Source: Octopus vulgaris
Taxonomy: Eukaryota
Reading direction: 5' to 3'
DNA: 64,000 nucleotides
Assembly: GCA_951406725.2 (NCBI GenBank)
Contig: OX597820.1
Location: 71,362,001 to 71,426,000 of the forward strand
Shown here: positions 13,490 through 27,729 of the stretch, piece by piece
Layout of the letters: the number at the start of each line of letters is the position of its first letter
Position numbering within the stretch: the stretch's first letter is position 1
The notes under the pieces: generated by a model
What the model saw: the letters and a program-made list of their open reading frames with translations, nothing else
The model's database searches: none
What the model was told of the DNA's origin: nothing
Made by a program: the position numbers and the translations under genes

Positions 13490-13900
13490 AAATGGAACAT
13501 CATCGCCAAATAGCATTTCTTAATGGATTGTGTCAGCTTAATTTCGTGTCACACTTCTTTTAGAAGCACAGTGTCACACTTCTCTAAGAAATATACTTGT
13601 ATTTCAACTTCCCCTGTTAGGAACATGACAGATACAGTGAGATTCCTTGTAACTGTCTCACAGTTTTTGATGATCCCTTATGGCCATGCCACATATCACA
13701 AAAAGAAAGATTTCCCATAATCACCATGAAATACTTCAATATTGTTTAATTGCTAATCTCCTATATAACCAGTGAAATTTACACTATAGCTTTGCTCACA
13801 TGCTTGGAATGCTGTTGCTGCTGTTACATGCACAAACACTGTAGTCAGTATCCTGCCCCCCAACTCCACCCAAAGAACCATTTTTATGACTGGAAAAACT
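13490..13900 (-). pseudogene. Possible decayed DNA-transposon (Mutator-like) transposase fragment
   Basis: Minus strand gives ...TILKYF...CDMWHGHK... and ...KKCD..LRNAIWR*C, reminiscent of DxWHxxK and IxNHxWWC motifs. Many stops; family assignment uncertain. Confidence 0.3.
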
Positions 13901-14441
13901 CAGTGACCAATATGTTTCACACAAGCCTGCAGACATACTTTTTCATTTATTTGTCTTGTTTTCCTTTATTGCTACTACAGTGGTGTTTTCTTCTCTAAAC
14001 CAGATAGTTATCTAAACTAGATAACTGTATACCCTCTCTATACAGACTTATTTGTCTTATGCCTCTCTCTTATATATTTTTATACACACATATACACATG
14101 TATGTGTGTGTAAATATAGATGTATTATTTTGTTTTGATTTTAAAATAGAACAATAATAATAAATGTGTTAGTTGTAAATATCTTGTGGTTAGATGCAAT
14201 TTTTCAGTTTTAATGTTAATCTACTTTTGAAATATTTTCAGTTCTATTAATGATTATGCCTTTCCTCCTCACATTAACTAAACTATAATTTAACATCTTA
14301 ACATCTAATTTCTAATGGAAATATCTACATTTTTGGTGAACTTTGCCGTTTCATTTTTGAAATAATTGTTTAACTTATTTATTTCTATTTTGATATATTA
14401 TTGAATACAATTCTTTATTACAACACACATTTCTATTGCAG

Positions 14442-14550
14442 GGATATCTACTATCAGAATGTTAACTGCTTTAAGACACAATCTGTTCTTGACACTTTAC
14501 TTAACAATATATCCCACTTACTGGAAGTGCCTCGTTGGGATCTACATGTT
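14442..14550 (+). CDS. SPO11: SPO11 internal exon (109 nt) with the catalytic tyrosine motif RDIYY
   Basis: Acceptor ttctattgcAG|, donor GTT|GTAAGT. Translation (R)DIYYQNVNCFKTQSVLDTLLNNISHLLEVPRWDLHV. The TKRDIYY motif is completed across the splice, with YY codons at 14449-14454. Confidence 0.97.
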
Positions 14551-17500
14551 GTAAGTTACATTTGTTATTTGTAATGACAATTTTCATGTAATGTTAATTG
14601 GGATATTGCAAACTTATTCCATACTCAAAAAAGGCTCTCATAAAAGTGTCTATGTAAAGTAACTAGACATTTTCAAAAACATTCAACTCTTTCATGACTG
14701 TATTTTTTAAACTTTTAGTTAATTTAGATAATAACAAAAAATTTAAAAGGCTTTAGTAAAAAGCTTGTTGCTGTTCAGAGCATAACAAAGGAATGTTATC
14801 TTAAGTTCTGATGGAAGATTTTAAGCTAAATGTGACTAATTTAAAATGGGTTTTGTATCAAATAATTAGGTTGGCATCAAAGAGATAGAAGTTTGATCTA
14901 TACAGTAACCCTTAATTATAAAATATTAGTATTTATTTTGTAAAAATTCAGTTTTAATTGAAATTATCATTCTGAAGTCTTTTCCATAGATTGTAGTGCA
15001 GTTCGTTTGCTTCTATTCTTAATACTTATTTCTCTTCATCAACACTTATATTCACTTTTTGTTATCTTATGAGTAAATAAGGTTAAGCTCTTTTTGTAAG
15101 AAGCATTTTGGACACCTGTTAGCAAGTACTTATGTATTTGTAAATTTGTCAGTGTGATGCAGGTTAATCATTAATTAATGTGTGTTTTCTTAAAACACAG
15201 TCTAGACCATGAGTAAACTTTGCTAAGCTGTATCTCAGCATTACAAATAGTGAAAAAATATATATTTTCAGAAGTTGTCTATCCATCTACAAACATTGTT
15301 TAGAGTATCATTGTAAACAGACATTTACAGAATCTGCTTCCCTTAAGCCGCCATTCATAGAATTATGCTCATCATGGTTTATCTTTAGTAAATAGATAAG
15401 AACTGATATATTACTTTCTTTGTTTCTACTTACTAATGGTGATTAACCTATTATTTCATGTCTGCTTGTGCTTTCAAACCATACATTTTTCTTCATAACA
15501 ACTGACAAATGAAAATAATAATTTTAACACTTAGTTGTTTTCAGTTATTATACCAATAAATCTTCCCTGCTTTTTTTTGTTAACATTAACAAACATTGTA
15601 TTCAGTTAGAATCTTATGTAATCCCATACAGAAAATGAACTTTAATCTTTAGTTTAATATAGAAAGAATATATAGTTTGAGACAATATTTAATGTCTTTT
15701 TATACAAAGTCATATTTTTTATGGATCTTAGATAGTTATTTTGTTACCCATTAATAATTTAGACACCTCAGAGTTTTGACAAAGAAAGTGGGTGTTCTTG
15801 ACATGATGTCACTTCCTCCTGACACTTCTTGTCTTTCCTAGCTCTTAGTCCTCATCTCCCTGCTATTCTCCATACCATGTTAGCCCTCAAAGAGGAATTT
15901 AGGTCAATATAGTTGATATTCAGATATTTTTGTATGCCAATGTTTTAGGAAAAATTGTTAGGGTGCAGTTAGAGAAAGTATTGGGAAAGTGTTTAGCATG
16001 AGAGTTCTGTGAGGTGCTATAAAACAATATGCATAACAAGGAAAAGAGAGGTGAGATAATCATGTGTCTGAGTGAGGTTAGTGTACAATTGGAATATGAG
16101 TAACAATATATGGTTTATCTTAGATCTGTATTAAGTATCTGATAGATTTTACAAGAATAAATCAATAATAAATCAGCTGTTCTGCATTTTGAGATACACT
16201 TTTTAATTTTGAGTTTGCACTTTTATTTTCTAGCTTTTATAAAATTTGCCTTCATTGCCACTTTTTCTAAGTCATATGATTAAACAGATTAGTTCCAACA
16301 TTCGTACTATCATGTTTAATAGATGTGTTAGCTTATGAACTACTACTATTTAGTAACCAACAATGAAGGAACTTTTGTATGGTTGCTTGACAGAGTCAAA
16401 TTTCTTTCAAATTACATACTATTCTTTTAAAAATGGGAAGTCTCACTGGATTGTCCAGGGTCATAACTGGAATTTCTTTTATCATAAATCTACTCAGTCA
16501 GGTCAAACATGCTGTAAATAACAAACTAATGGCTATAACATTCCTTCTCTTAGAAGTGGCACAGATACCTTTTAATCATGGCTATCTCAGATCATCTGTT
16601 TTTAATAAGGCACTTGAGCTTTTAATATTTATTTCGTAAATCACATTTATCTCATCATTTTTAGATGTATTCTAAATTTTGTAGTTTTACTACTGGTTTA
16701 ATTTTTTTCAGTCTGCTACACTTCAAATAATTTTAGCATTAAAAAGTATATAAAATTTTTATATGAAAATAAATTCTTTAACATCATACAGAGATGCATT
16801 TTCTCAATAAATTCTTTTTAATAATTTACTTTTAAATTTCTAATAAATGTCCAATATTAGAGATATGCCCGTTTGTTTGAGTATAAAAAATTTTCATATT
16901 AAAATCATGACTGAAATTGTTTTTGTTATTTTTTATCAGTGTTTCTTAAAATGATAATATGAAAAACCTTAAATAAACAAAGTTGCACTTATATTTAAAT
17001 GATTATAATTAACTGCTTTCTTAATAATTTGAAGTTTTGAGAAATGAATCTATATTTCATTATGAATTTTAAATAAATGGAAAATTTGTTGCAGATTTGT
17101 TGAACCATAGGTGGCATCAAAATTTTGATGTTATATATGGTTCAAGAAACCTAGATCTAATTTAATACATATGATTAAAGATTTTACATCAAATTAAAAA
17201 ATATTAACTAGACTCAGCCACTGAATTTTAGTTTGTATATTTGATATATTTTTATATTGGTGAAACATTTTATGCAACATGCATATTTTTAATATATTCT
17301 TTTATAAAGGAGTATAAGGAATAAATTTCTATCAATTGAAATACTAAATTAAAAAGGACAAATTTCCATAAGTAACATATTCTTATATTTTTTATTTGAC
17401 AATTTGCATTTTGTTATTTTTCTCATGAAAAATATCAGATATTACTTTAATGCTGTTAAAGGCAACAACAATTTCCTATTATGAATCACCACTTGTTATG

Positions 17501-18489
17501 TTCTTTGCAGTTTCAATTACTTGGAAAATCAATAAATGACATCGAATCAAAATTAGTTATCTTGAAAGGTTTCAAATAAAAAGATTACTTTGAAAGATCC
17601 CCACTGTGAATTTGTCACATAATTTACATGACAAATGATTGCTGTGAAAGAAAAACCTTAATGAAAAGATAATTTAAATACTGAATAAATATGCTAACAA
17701 ATCTGTCTTCAAATCAAGATTAGTAAGATTAATCATTTTAGTGATATAAAATCATGAAACATTTATTTCTGCATAACATTTTTTCTAAAATATAATTATG
17801 ATATCATATATTTTGAACTAACTATATTACAATATATATTGTTCTGCATATATAGTTCATTTTAATAAATATGTCTAAATATTAATTTATGATAGAATAG
17901 TGTTTATTATATGCAGGGAAATATTTCTAGCTACGGTATCTAAATAGAATATATAAAGTGTGTTATTAATATTTTAAACAATCAAACTTTTGTTAAAAAC
18001 AGCAATTTAAAAAACATTATCTTTCATCAAGGTCAAAGAAATGTAATTATCCTGTGAATCTATTAGATCCTAACAAAATATTAATTTCTTACTAAGGCAT
18101 GAGACATGAAGCCTACTTTTGTTGGAGACAGCCAATTAAAATTTTCCAAGTATATTTTATTAACATTGAAAAGATCAAAAGTTAACATGGGTAGAATTTG
18201 ATGTACAGAGAAAAAAAAAATATTGTTTTGTTTAACTCATTACATTTGCTTAGAAACAAAAGTAGTAGGAATTGATCAAAATATAATTTCTTGAAAAAGG
18301 TTACCTCACACTTTTATGGACCCAAGTGAACTACAAGTGAATTCTTTCCAGATGCTTGTGTTTTTATATAGGAAATTAAAATCAGTGGTAAAAATCATAT
18401 TCATATACAAGGTTACCAAATATATTGATAAATCTTTTAATGCAATTTTAAAAACTTTTCTTCATATGATAGATTAAGGAAAACTGACA

Positions 18490-18690
18490 GAAATGTTAGC
18501 ACACTGGGCAAAATGCTTAATGACATTTCATTTGTCTTCATGTTGTGAGTTCAAATTCCACCAAAGTCAGTTTTGCCTTTCATAATTTTGAGGTCAATGA
18601 AATAAGTATCAGCTAAACACTGGGGTCAATGTAATCGACTACCCACTCCCTCCAAAGTTGTTGGCCTGTACTTATAATAAAGGATTAAAA
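18490..18690 (+). mobile_element. SINE family B copy
   Basis: B-box-like gagttcaaattcc. Homologous to 40424-40639 on the opposite strand. Confidence 0.7.
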
Positions 18691-19091
18691 CTTTTCATAT
18701 GAGATTTATTTCCCTTTCTTTTTTTTAGTCTGGCCATATAATTATAATCATTATTTACATAATATCTGTAAGATTTTACCAGTTTGTTCTGAATATCTTA
18801 TAAAGTTAGTCATGTCGTTTCTGAAACATTGGGAACTTGTAAAAAATGTATACTATTATCAGATTTCCATGTCTTTTAATTGTCTGTTGAAGAAATTACA
18901 TTCATTAAGTAGGGTAATAGTTTTCATTGTCCACTTAAGATCAAATGTTAAAATCTTTGACGACAATAAAAAGTTGCCTTGAGATTTGTTTGCAAGCTGT
19001 TAAAATGTATTTTAGAACTGATTTTCATTACTACATTATTTTCATTGTTTTATTACAATTGCTTTGTAAATATCATGAGTTGTCAACAGCC

Positions 19092-19142
19092 ATACACACA
19101 CACATACACACGCACACACATTCTCTTTTATCAGTTGACATA

Positions 19143-19192
<50 letters not shown>
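19092..19192. repeat. (CA)n, (CT)n, (AT)n microsatellites
   Basis: Seen directly. Confidence 0.9.
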
Positions 19193-20899
19193 CTCAATGA
19201 AACACCCAACTTATTTTGAATTGAAGAATATTTCATATTTTGCTGAAACTGGTTTACCAAATCTCTCATATTTTATTGATTTTCAATGTATTCTTTTCCA
19301 AGAATAATATGTTTTATTAGATACAGTAAGTATGGTAGCTTGTAATAATTGCTGTAATCAAATAGCGGAGTATAGAATAATTTTATTCTTTTTGTTGTCA
19401 TTGGCAATTTCTTTTTTTTAAATTTTTAATAAATTTAATAGTTGCATAGCCAATTATAAGTTTCCTTGAATATAGTTAACTTTTGGTGTATACTCTTCAT
19501 GAAGAGATGGATAAATCTACAGGCTATTACATTTTATTACATGCATGTGCTGCAAAAGCTAATAAGGCTAATAACCCATTGATGGATATAGCTATTTAGG
19601 AAGTTGATTCTTTATTTAATTTTTCTTCATATAAAAGAATAATAATTGATTAATTTAATTATTCTATGTATACTCTTCACCAGAAGCTGATGTTTACTGC
19701 TTAGAACAAAAAGGATTAAAAATTGTAGCCTTTTGTTAGCAAATATATTTTATGCCATAATGAGAAAGTAACTTTGATTTGACTAATTAAATGAGATTTT
19801 AGAGAGATTATATAAGCTATAATAAGGAATGGTTTGAAATAAATCCAAGGCTGTGTTAATAAAAACAAAAAAATAAATGATAGTAGAGAACAAAAACAGG
19901 TCATTTTTATTGCAGTGATAAATAATGAATTCGGTGATATTAGGTGATGGTGAATGTTGTAAAAATGAAAAAAAGAAATGGATAATGTCGAATTATTTAT
20001 TAAATACTGATCTAAAAGAAATATTGAGCAAAGCACTTCTCTTTTATGGTTAATCGAAATTCTCTTTTATGGTTATTCGAAATTTACTTTAATGCTTTTT
20101 CAACATTTTCAACATCTCAAAGCTGGAAAGAAGCTATTATTTTGATCTGGTTCGCAAATGAAATATTATTATGAGGAATTATAAAAATGTACGCAGACAG
20201 TATAAAATATTAATTCTTTAATTAATTTCTTTTTTGGCAAGTAGGTATTATTCATTTTTACTACTCATGATAGTTATATTTCTCAACTAACTGAAATATT
20301 TGGAGAAATTATTTCCAGAATATGGATACCTTAAGCAGTGTTACAAATTTTACTAAAATATAAAATATTACTAATGGCTATAAAAATGAAAAAGAAAAAG
20401 AAGGGGAATTTATAATGTGCATATATTTTCTTAATTCTTTAGGGCAGATTAAAACTTGGGTATCTGATGTTGATGGTTGAATGAATTTATGACAAGGCAA
20501 AATGTTAACAAGGTAGCTATTTTGAACAGTTCTGAATATCCAAAGTTTATGTAAGAGTTGTTAAGTTGGTGAAAAGTTTGAAGGCACATCTATTTTGAAC
20601 ATGAAAAGTTGTCCAAAACTGCTGTATAAAAGAATTAAATACAAAATATTTTTACTTCACACCAATATATCCTTGTTCAAAAGGTTTATAATGCTAGTAA
20701 AATATTCTGTTTAAAATTTTAAGGTTAAAAATTTGTTATATCATTAACATTTGAATAGTAAAAATTTCAAACCTGTTGTAAATGCCACTAGTTTAGTAGA
20801 CAAGTTACAATCCTCATGGTTCCTTACATTATATCACTAAATGTCACATGTTATATTTTTGTATGCAAGCAATTATCATCTTCATTATCACTTTTGCAT

Positions 20900-22450
20900 G
20901 TAATTTTTTATGCTTTCATGGGTCTTTTCTAGCACAGTGGTCCTTTTAAAATCTTTTGTGAGGTTCAGCTTCTCTTCTGGCATTCTATTCTGTAAGTTCC
21001 TTCCATTTGGATCACATTGCACTTTTTGGCTTGACAGTGTTCCTCCATAAGCATCACATATCAGTATCAGTGCAGTCTTCTCCCTTGCAGGCTACATCTG
21101 AAGCTTTTTACACTCAGTTTTTCTTTCAGCTCATTTGTGTTCTGTTATTCAGTACTTACTATCATTACTAATCCACTGGAGTATACATATATCAATCTGT
21201 TTCTTGCCAGAACAAATTATAGCTCCCTGAACATTTTTTATGCTGTTCTTACTCTGGCTACTATATTTTTGAAAACTCACCACTTTTAATTGGATTACCT
21301 TGATACTGGATGCTGTCAACTACAAGGGATTTTGCAACCATTTGATAGAATTTATTCCATGAGTGCTTTTACTGCTAAGTGCTCCTTTGAATCTGCAACA
21401 TATATCTGCTACATATGAATCTTTATTTTCTCTAAGCCTGTGTGGGATCTTGCTGCATATGGGCACTAGTTCATATTTAGTACTCAGTGCATAGTTCTTA
21501 CTCCTTTTCTGTATACTGAGCATGGTCACTGCCTTGATGGCAGTAGACTCCTAGATTGTTTTCTTGTAACTAAAACTTTTTATCCTTCTTGGGTTTACTT
21601 ATCGATTCAAGCTAGCCTCTATATCTGGAATTTCTTCTCTTGTTCCTTAACACACTCAGCTATGAGAACTAGCAACCCAGAGTTCCCATGGACAGCTAGT
21701 TTTAAACTCCTTTGGTAGTTAAAGATTGAAGAACTGAACTGTTACAGACAACTACCTGCATGATATCTTCCATGCTGAACTCATTGCTAACTCTTATGTT
21801 TCTAAGAGCATCTTTAATTTGCATGACTCCCACTAGTTTAGTGAGTATGGTTCTATGTAAAGGCTTTTTCTGTGTTAAGGAATTCTAGGAATATGACTTC
21901 AATTTATCTAAGAATTTCTATAGCTGTTTCAATTGGAAAAGGGCATTGGTGGACTCCTGTCCTAGCACAAACCTGAACTATATCTCATCAATGCTAATTC
22001 TTTTGCTAATTGGCTGTGCTATAACTCTTTCTGTTACTTTCATATCTATTTTTTTTCCAGGCTATCTCCATTGCTTTTGCAGCAATTAATGCTGCTGCTA
22101 TTCCAGTCATTGAAATAGACACTTTCCTGAACTACCTCATTGATTATACAAATGATTAACACATTTTCTACTTCACTAGATGTTTCAAGCAACTTGACTT
22201 TCCCTGATGTTCTAACTGTTATCCTTACCTTCATTTCCTTATTTGCATGATATAGCTGGCAGCATTAGTAGTTGTTTCCTCTGTTGCATCTAGTTGGGTA
22301 GACTCTTTTCTCTCCATGCGTTCATCTAATTCAACAACCTTCACAATAACTTTTCCATGCCTGTTCTTGCCATCACTGAGGGTAAGCACATAGCTATCAT
22401 TCAATGCACAATTCTCTCCAGTGACATGATGATTCCCACATTGCTTTGCA
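20900..22450 (-). mobile_element. Decayed RTE-clade LINE fragment
   Basis: Homologous to 7830-8410 (ctagcacaaacctgaactatatctcatc versus ctagcacaaatccaaactgtatctta). Many stops; boundaries approximate. Confidence 0.7.
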
Positions 22451-22998
22451 AACCAAAATACTTTATGCCTCCGATACTCTCATTGGTTCTATATATACAT
22501 GACATCTACCTTCTTTCTTAGTTACTTTATATTGTTACTTGATTAACTCTTCCAATCTTACCAGGTTTTCTTTCAGGTTTTATGGCTCTATCTGTTGTAG
22601 TATTCCACCTTTGCCACTTTTCATGTCTGGAAATTATCTCTGTCTACAGATCTGGTTCACTGAATGTTATTTGTTAGAAAATACCAGTTGTCTTCTAGGT
22701 TATTAGTCTGTATCTTCTCCCTCTTGTCATATATGTTATTTAGTATTTATTTGAAGTTACACCAAAGGATCTTTCATTTCATACACTCCCACTCTAGATT
22801 TTATCTTGCATCTATGAGTTTGACTTGTTCTTATCTTGAGATTGCTGATAATTAGTCTATGTTAAGTGATGCATTATACACTGGGAAAGGATTTAATAGC
22901 CATAACCTGTTGCCTATCATCTTATAGTGGGTATAAAGTCTATCTGGTTTTCATGTTCATTTGATAGATAGATGACCAAATGGGTAGCTGTTTTTCTG

Positions 22999-23195
22999 AA
23001 CATCATCATCATAATTTAATGTCTTTTCCATGCTGGCATGGGTTAAATGGTTTGACAAGAAGCTAACACCAGGCTCCAATTGTCTGTTTTGGCTGGATGC
23101 CCTTCCTAATGTCAACCACTTTATGGAGTATAGTTCATATGCATTATAGAACACCAAGAACACTGATCTCTTGCTATTCTTTGTACCACACACAC
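22999..23195 (-). mobile_element. RTE 3'-tail copy
   Basis: (CAT)n followed by ttccatgctggcatgggtt...ggatgcccttcctaatg. Confidence 0.7.
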
Positions 23196-23463
23196 ACACA
23201 CACAACCTCCATGTATACTGGTGTACCCAATATAGTGTTACCACCACTACATCACTATTCAACATTCCTTTTTCTATGATTGCTTGGGTCTGATGGAAAT
23301 CATTGAGGTAAATTTTCTATGTCTGGATGCCCTTCCTCGCACCAGCCTGCACCCGTTTTCAGACAAGGTAATGTTCCCCCATGCCCATATGTGATGCTTG
23401 CTGAAGACTGGAAACAAAGGATATTGCCTGTACAATAGGGATTTCCAAATAAATGTGCGCGCG

Positions 23464-23575
23464 CACACACACACTCACTCACTCACTCACTCATTCACTC
23501 ACTTACTCACTCACTCACTCACTCACTCAGTCACTCACCCACCCACCCACCCACCTACTCACTCACTCACTCACT
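23464..23575. repeat. (CA)n/(CACT)n/(CACC)n microsatellite
   Basis: Seen directly. Confidence 0.95.
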
Positions 23576-23577
23576 CT

Positions 23578-24537
23578 TCCAGCATAATTGTTAGCTGCTA
23601 CAAGGGTAACAGTGATGCTTTAGATAGAAGCAGTTATAGAGGCATCAAACTCCAGGACCAGGTGATGAAAATTACATTATTGCCCAGTTAATTAGGAGCA
23701 GAATTAGGCTAGATGAAATGCAGTTTGGCTCCATTCAGGGAAGAAATACTACTAACACTATTTTCATAGTCAGGTAACTGCAAGAGAAGTACTTAGCTAA
23801 GAATAAACCATTATTTTGAGAAAGCCTTCAATTAAGTGCCCCACTGTGTAATATGGTTGGCTCTGAGGAGGCTACAGATAGATGAGTGGCTAGGGAAAGC
23901 TGTACAGGCCATATACAAAGATGCTGTCAATATGGTGAGAGTTAGCTATGAGTACAGCAAAGAATTTGGTGTACAGGTAGGGGTTTATCAAGTGTAGAAA
24001 GAAGACTGCACTAATTTGGTTATGTGATGCGAATGGATGCTAACAGCTTCATAAAGGAGAGCTGATCTCTCGAAGTAGATGGAGCATGTGGAAGTGGGAG
24101 ACCCAGAAAGACATGGGGTGAAGTACTGGAGAATATGAGGACACTGAACCTTTCAGGCAAGATGGTAAAGGACTGAGATGCTTGGTGCTTTACTTTACTC
24201 AAGAAGACCCCATACTCTACTGCAGAGGTGTTATGACCTCTGCTTGTGAGAAGCACTCGTGTCAGTGTCACATAAATATGCCTGTGATGTGCCACATAAT
24301 GGCACCCATGCCGTGCCATGTAAATGTGACTGGCGTCATGTAGAAGTGCTTGTGTGGTGCCACATAAAAGTACTCAGCACATTCTGTGAAGTGGTTGGCA
24401 TTAAAAAGGACATCCAGCTGTAGAGACCATGCCAAATCAGACTTGAGTCTGGTGTAGGCTCCCCAGTTTGCCAGCCTGGTCAAACCGTATAACCCATGCC
24501 AGCATGGACAACAAACATTAAATGATGATGATGATGA
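23578..24537 (+). mobile_element. RTE-clade LINE fragment, internally deleted, with 3'UTR and (ATG)n tail
   Basis: IIVSCYKGNSDALDRSSYRGIKL (RT domain 0), then a QFG-type segment, a jump to RRLH*FGYV, then the 3'UTR. Confidence 0.88.
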
Positions 24538-24839
24538 TATATAAAATTAATAGCATGTTGCGAAAAGCTAGTTTTTCTAAAACCTTTAATAAATTGTTTT
24601 GTTATTTAGCAAACAGGTTCTTAAAAAATTATATGGTGCTCTATCTTGAAATGTTAAAACTGATAATAGCTTTCAATATATTTTTCATTGTTAGATTTTT
24701 TTGTTGCACTTTTATGACCTGGTCCATGACACTGAAAACTGAAAAAGTAATGATCTTATCTTTTAAGCTACTAATTTAAAGTATTAAAACTAAATTGTTT
24801 TTGAAAACAATAAAAAAATATTAATTTCATTAAAATATT

Positions 24840-25140
24840 AACTGGCACTTCATCAATTACGACGACACAGGTTCCAGTTGACTCAATCAATAGAACAGCC
24901 TGCTTGTGAAATTAATTTGCAAGTGGCTGAGCACTCCACAGACACATGTACTCTCAATATAGTTCTCAGAGAGATTCAGTGTGACACTGAATGTGACAAG
25001 CCTGGTCTTTTGAAATACAGGTACTTCACATTTTTGCTAGCTGAGTGGACTGCAGCAGCACAAAATAAAAGGTCTTGCTCAAAGACTCAACATCCTATCA
25101 GGTGAACCGAATACCCTAACCACTAAGCTACACACCTTCA
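24840..25140 (-). mobile_element. tRNA-headed SINE (family C)
   Basis: Minus strand begins gtgtagcttagtggttagggtattcgg (A-box-like). Confidence 0.55.
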
Positions 25141-27560
25141 CAAACTAAAATATGAAAGCAATGTACTGAGTCAACAAGGGAGCCTTGATATGATGGCTTG
25201 ATCTGCTAGAAGTAGCAGCCAATCACTTTTAAATCACACACCTTAAAAAGGAAACATTAGATTGAGTAAATTTGAAAAACAGTTTTGTTTGATCAGACTT
25301 AACAACAATGTGTAATGTATACTTAGTCTCATTTTACCAAAGCAATAAAATATACCTAAAAATAATAAAACTTTAAAACAAAGCTAATTTATGTTTTTGC
25401 TCAATTGCTAACCCATACTGCTATTAATGAAAATGCTAGAATTGTATTTTGGAGGTTATTTACACCTAACATTTGAATAATAAGGTTGTTTGAGATAGAA
25501 ATAAACAAAAACTGTCAAATAAATCTGAGATTCAGATATTTTCTGTTTGGTTGGACATTTTTGGTAGCAATAAATTGAAATATTCACTTCAACTAAACAG
25601 GAAATCAATGCTTGTATAAGACAAATTTTGATAACTTATTCTTTACCAGTCCTTGTATAATTTTTAAAAATAGCAGCAGATAAGTATAGATATATGTTAT
25701 AATAATAACTTAAAGTTTAACTTTTAAAAATATGTTAAAGTGTTTTCCTTTTTTTTTTCAGAATATTCCTTTATATTTTTGATATTTTGTATAAAAATAT
25801 TATAAAATTTAAACCTAATGATTTCTCTACCATAAACAGTGAGCTTCTTCAAATGACTTTTAAATTGTACACACATACATGAACTCCCACCTCATGTATA
25901 TATATGTATGTGTGTGAGTTTAGAAGATTACTTGAGTTATAAATTGAGTTAAGCATTTCAGAAATTTACATTTTTACATGTACTAACTACTTTATCATGA
26001 TTCATGAATAATTTATTTTGGGGAATATTTTGTTGAAATCTGTTGAAATTAAGTAGCTTAAGTTTGTATTAGAATTCATATATAGGGTAGAAAGGTGTAA
26101 TCTATGTTTGTTTTCTACTTGTGTCCTTTATCGTTTGAGCTCAATTCTCACCAGCATGGTCTTTGATTGTCATCATTAATCCTATAGAATTCAGATTCCT
26201 TTGTCGTATATAATGCTTATTTACTCACATTGTTTTCAATTAATTGTGCATTCTCATACTTTTGATATTTAAATCATGTGATTGTTCATTTTTAGAATGA
26301 CATTGTAGGGCAGGTGTGAGAGGCCAGATCTGGCCACTTAGGACATACAACATGTAGAATAATTTATCTATAATTGAGCATCAGTAGTGTTTAATTATTC
26401 TCTTATTTTATGTCTTACAAAAGTAAGGCCTGAGTCATGTCTTATATTCATGCAAACAGAACTTCTTTTTTATATTTGCATGTCATCAGGAATTTACTCA
26501 GTGCATACCTCCTTTGTCTGAATAAACTCTTAATAATTTTATCAAATGATAATTTTGTGATGGACAATTATCACCAAAGATAAAGTAATGGAAAAAACCT
26601 AAATGAACTAAAGCAGCTTGTGGAAATTGTGGATATTTTAGTGAAAATTGAATTGGGAAAGCAATTTGAGCTAGGCTATCTGTGTCAGTGAACATTGGTA
26701 ATCATTGAGTTACTAAGAATTTTGTACAATATTTATTAAGGTCATTGTATAATTGAAGTATTTAGAATCATTAAACGATGACTAGTTATGCAATATGATA
26801 ATCATAATAATCTTTATATAGTTTTTTCAAGTACAATGAATTGACCAACAGGAGGACCTGTCTCACAAGGTCCTTTTATAAATCGTTTCAAAGATAAATG
26901 ACAATAACATCACTATATGGATAGCTTAATGGTTATGTTGAGAAATATCAATATGGTTGCACTGATGTGCATGACTCAGAGCATACATTAGAAATGGAGA
27001 GTAAACTAGGTTTATAGATGTCTTTAATATGAAGAGTTTTACCATATGGCAGCTATACTGAGCTCACCAACTTCTCTGGTTATTTGCATCAGGTAGGAAA
27101 ATAGACTATCCTGACTATGAAATGACATGGATGCTTGTTTGTATGAAAGTTAAAATTAGTGAAGACCATGTTCTGTCAGATAGAGGTTATAAAAGGACTC
27201 AGTGATAAAAGAGAAGGAAAGTGATAGGATTGTAATTTGTGGGAATGAATGGAAGCTTTTGCGAGGATGAGTTTCAATTGGTATTCAATGTAGACATGAG
27301 AACATCTCTACCATAAACTTTCAATGGGAAGAACAACCTTGCATTTGATAGAATTCCATAATCTAAGATTTGGTGAACAATGAGAAAGCTAGGTGTAGAC
27401 CTAAACCTAGTTTACTCTCCAAGAGTTGGTCAGACCATATGAAGGTGTAAGATATTTGATATCTTTTTACAATTGATATTAATTCAATCATTTAGTTTAT
27501 TAGTAGACAATCCCACTGAACTCTGTTTTCAGCTGTCTTCTGTTTATACTAACTTGAAAA

Positions 27561-27729
27561 TACTAGTGTAGCTAGAGGGGGTGCAGAGGGGGCCATCTGC
27601 TTCAGGCAGCACTTTTATGGTGGTGGCACCACTTAGGTCTGCTGTGGGAAATATGTAGTTTTTGTGGGGGTCCAGGGGTGGCAAACTAAAGGGTCACTCT
27701 GAGCAGCACATGCTCTTACTACGCTAGTG
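27561..27729. mobile_element. hAT-type MITE (169 bp)
   Basis: Termini tactagtgtag and ctacgctagtg, flanked by an exact 8-bp target duplication CTTGAAAA (27553-60 and 27730-37). Confidence 0.8.
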
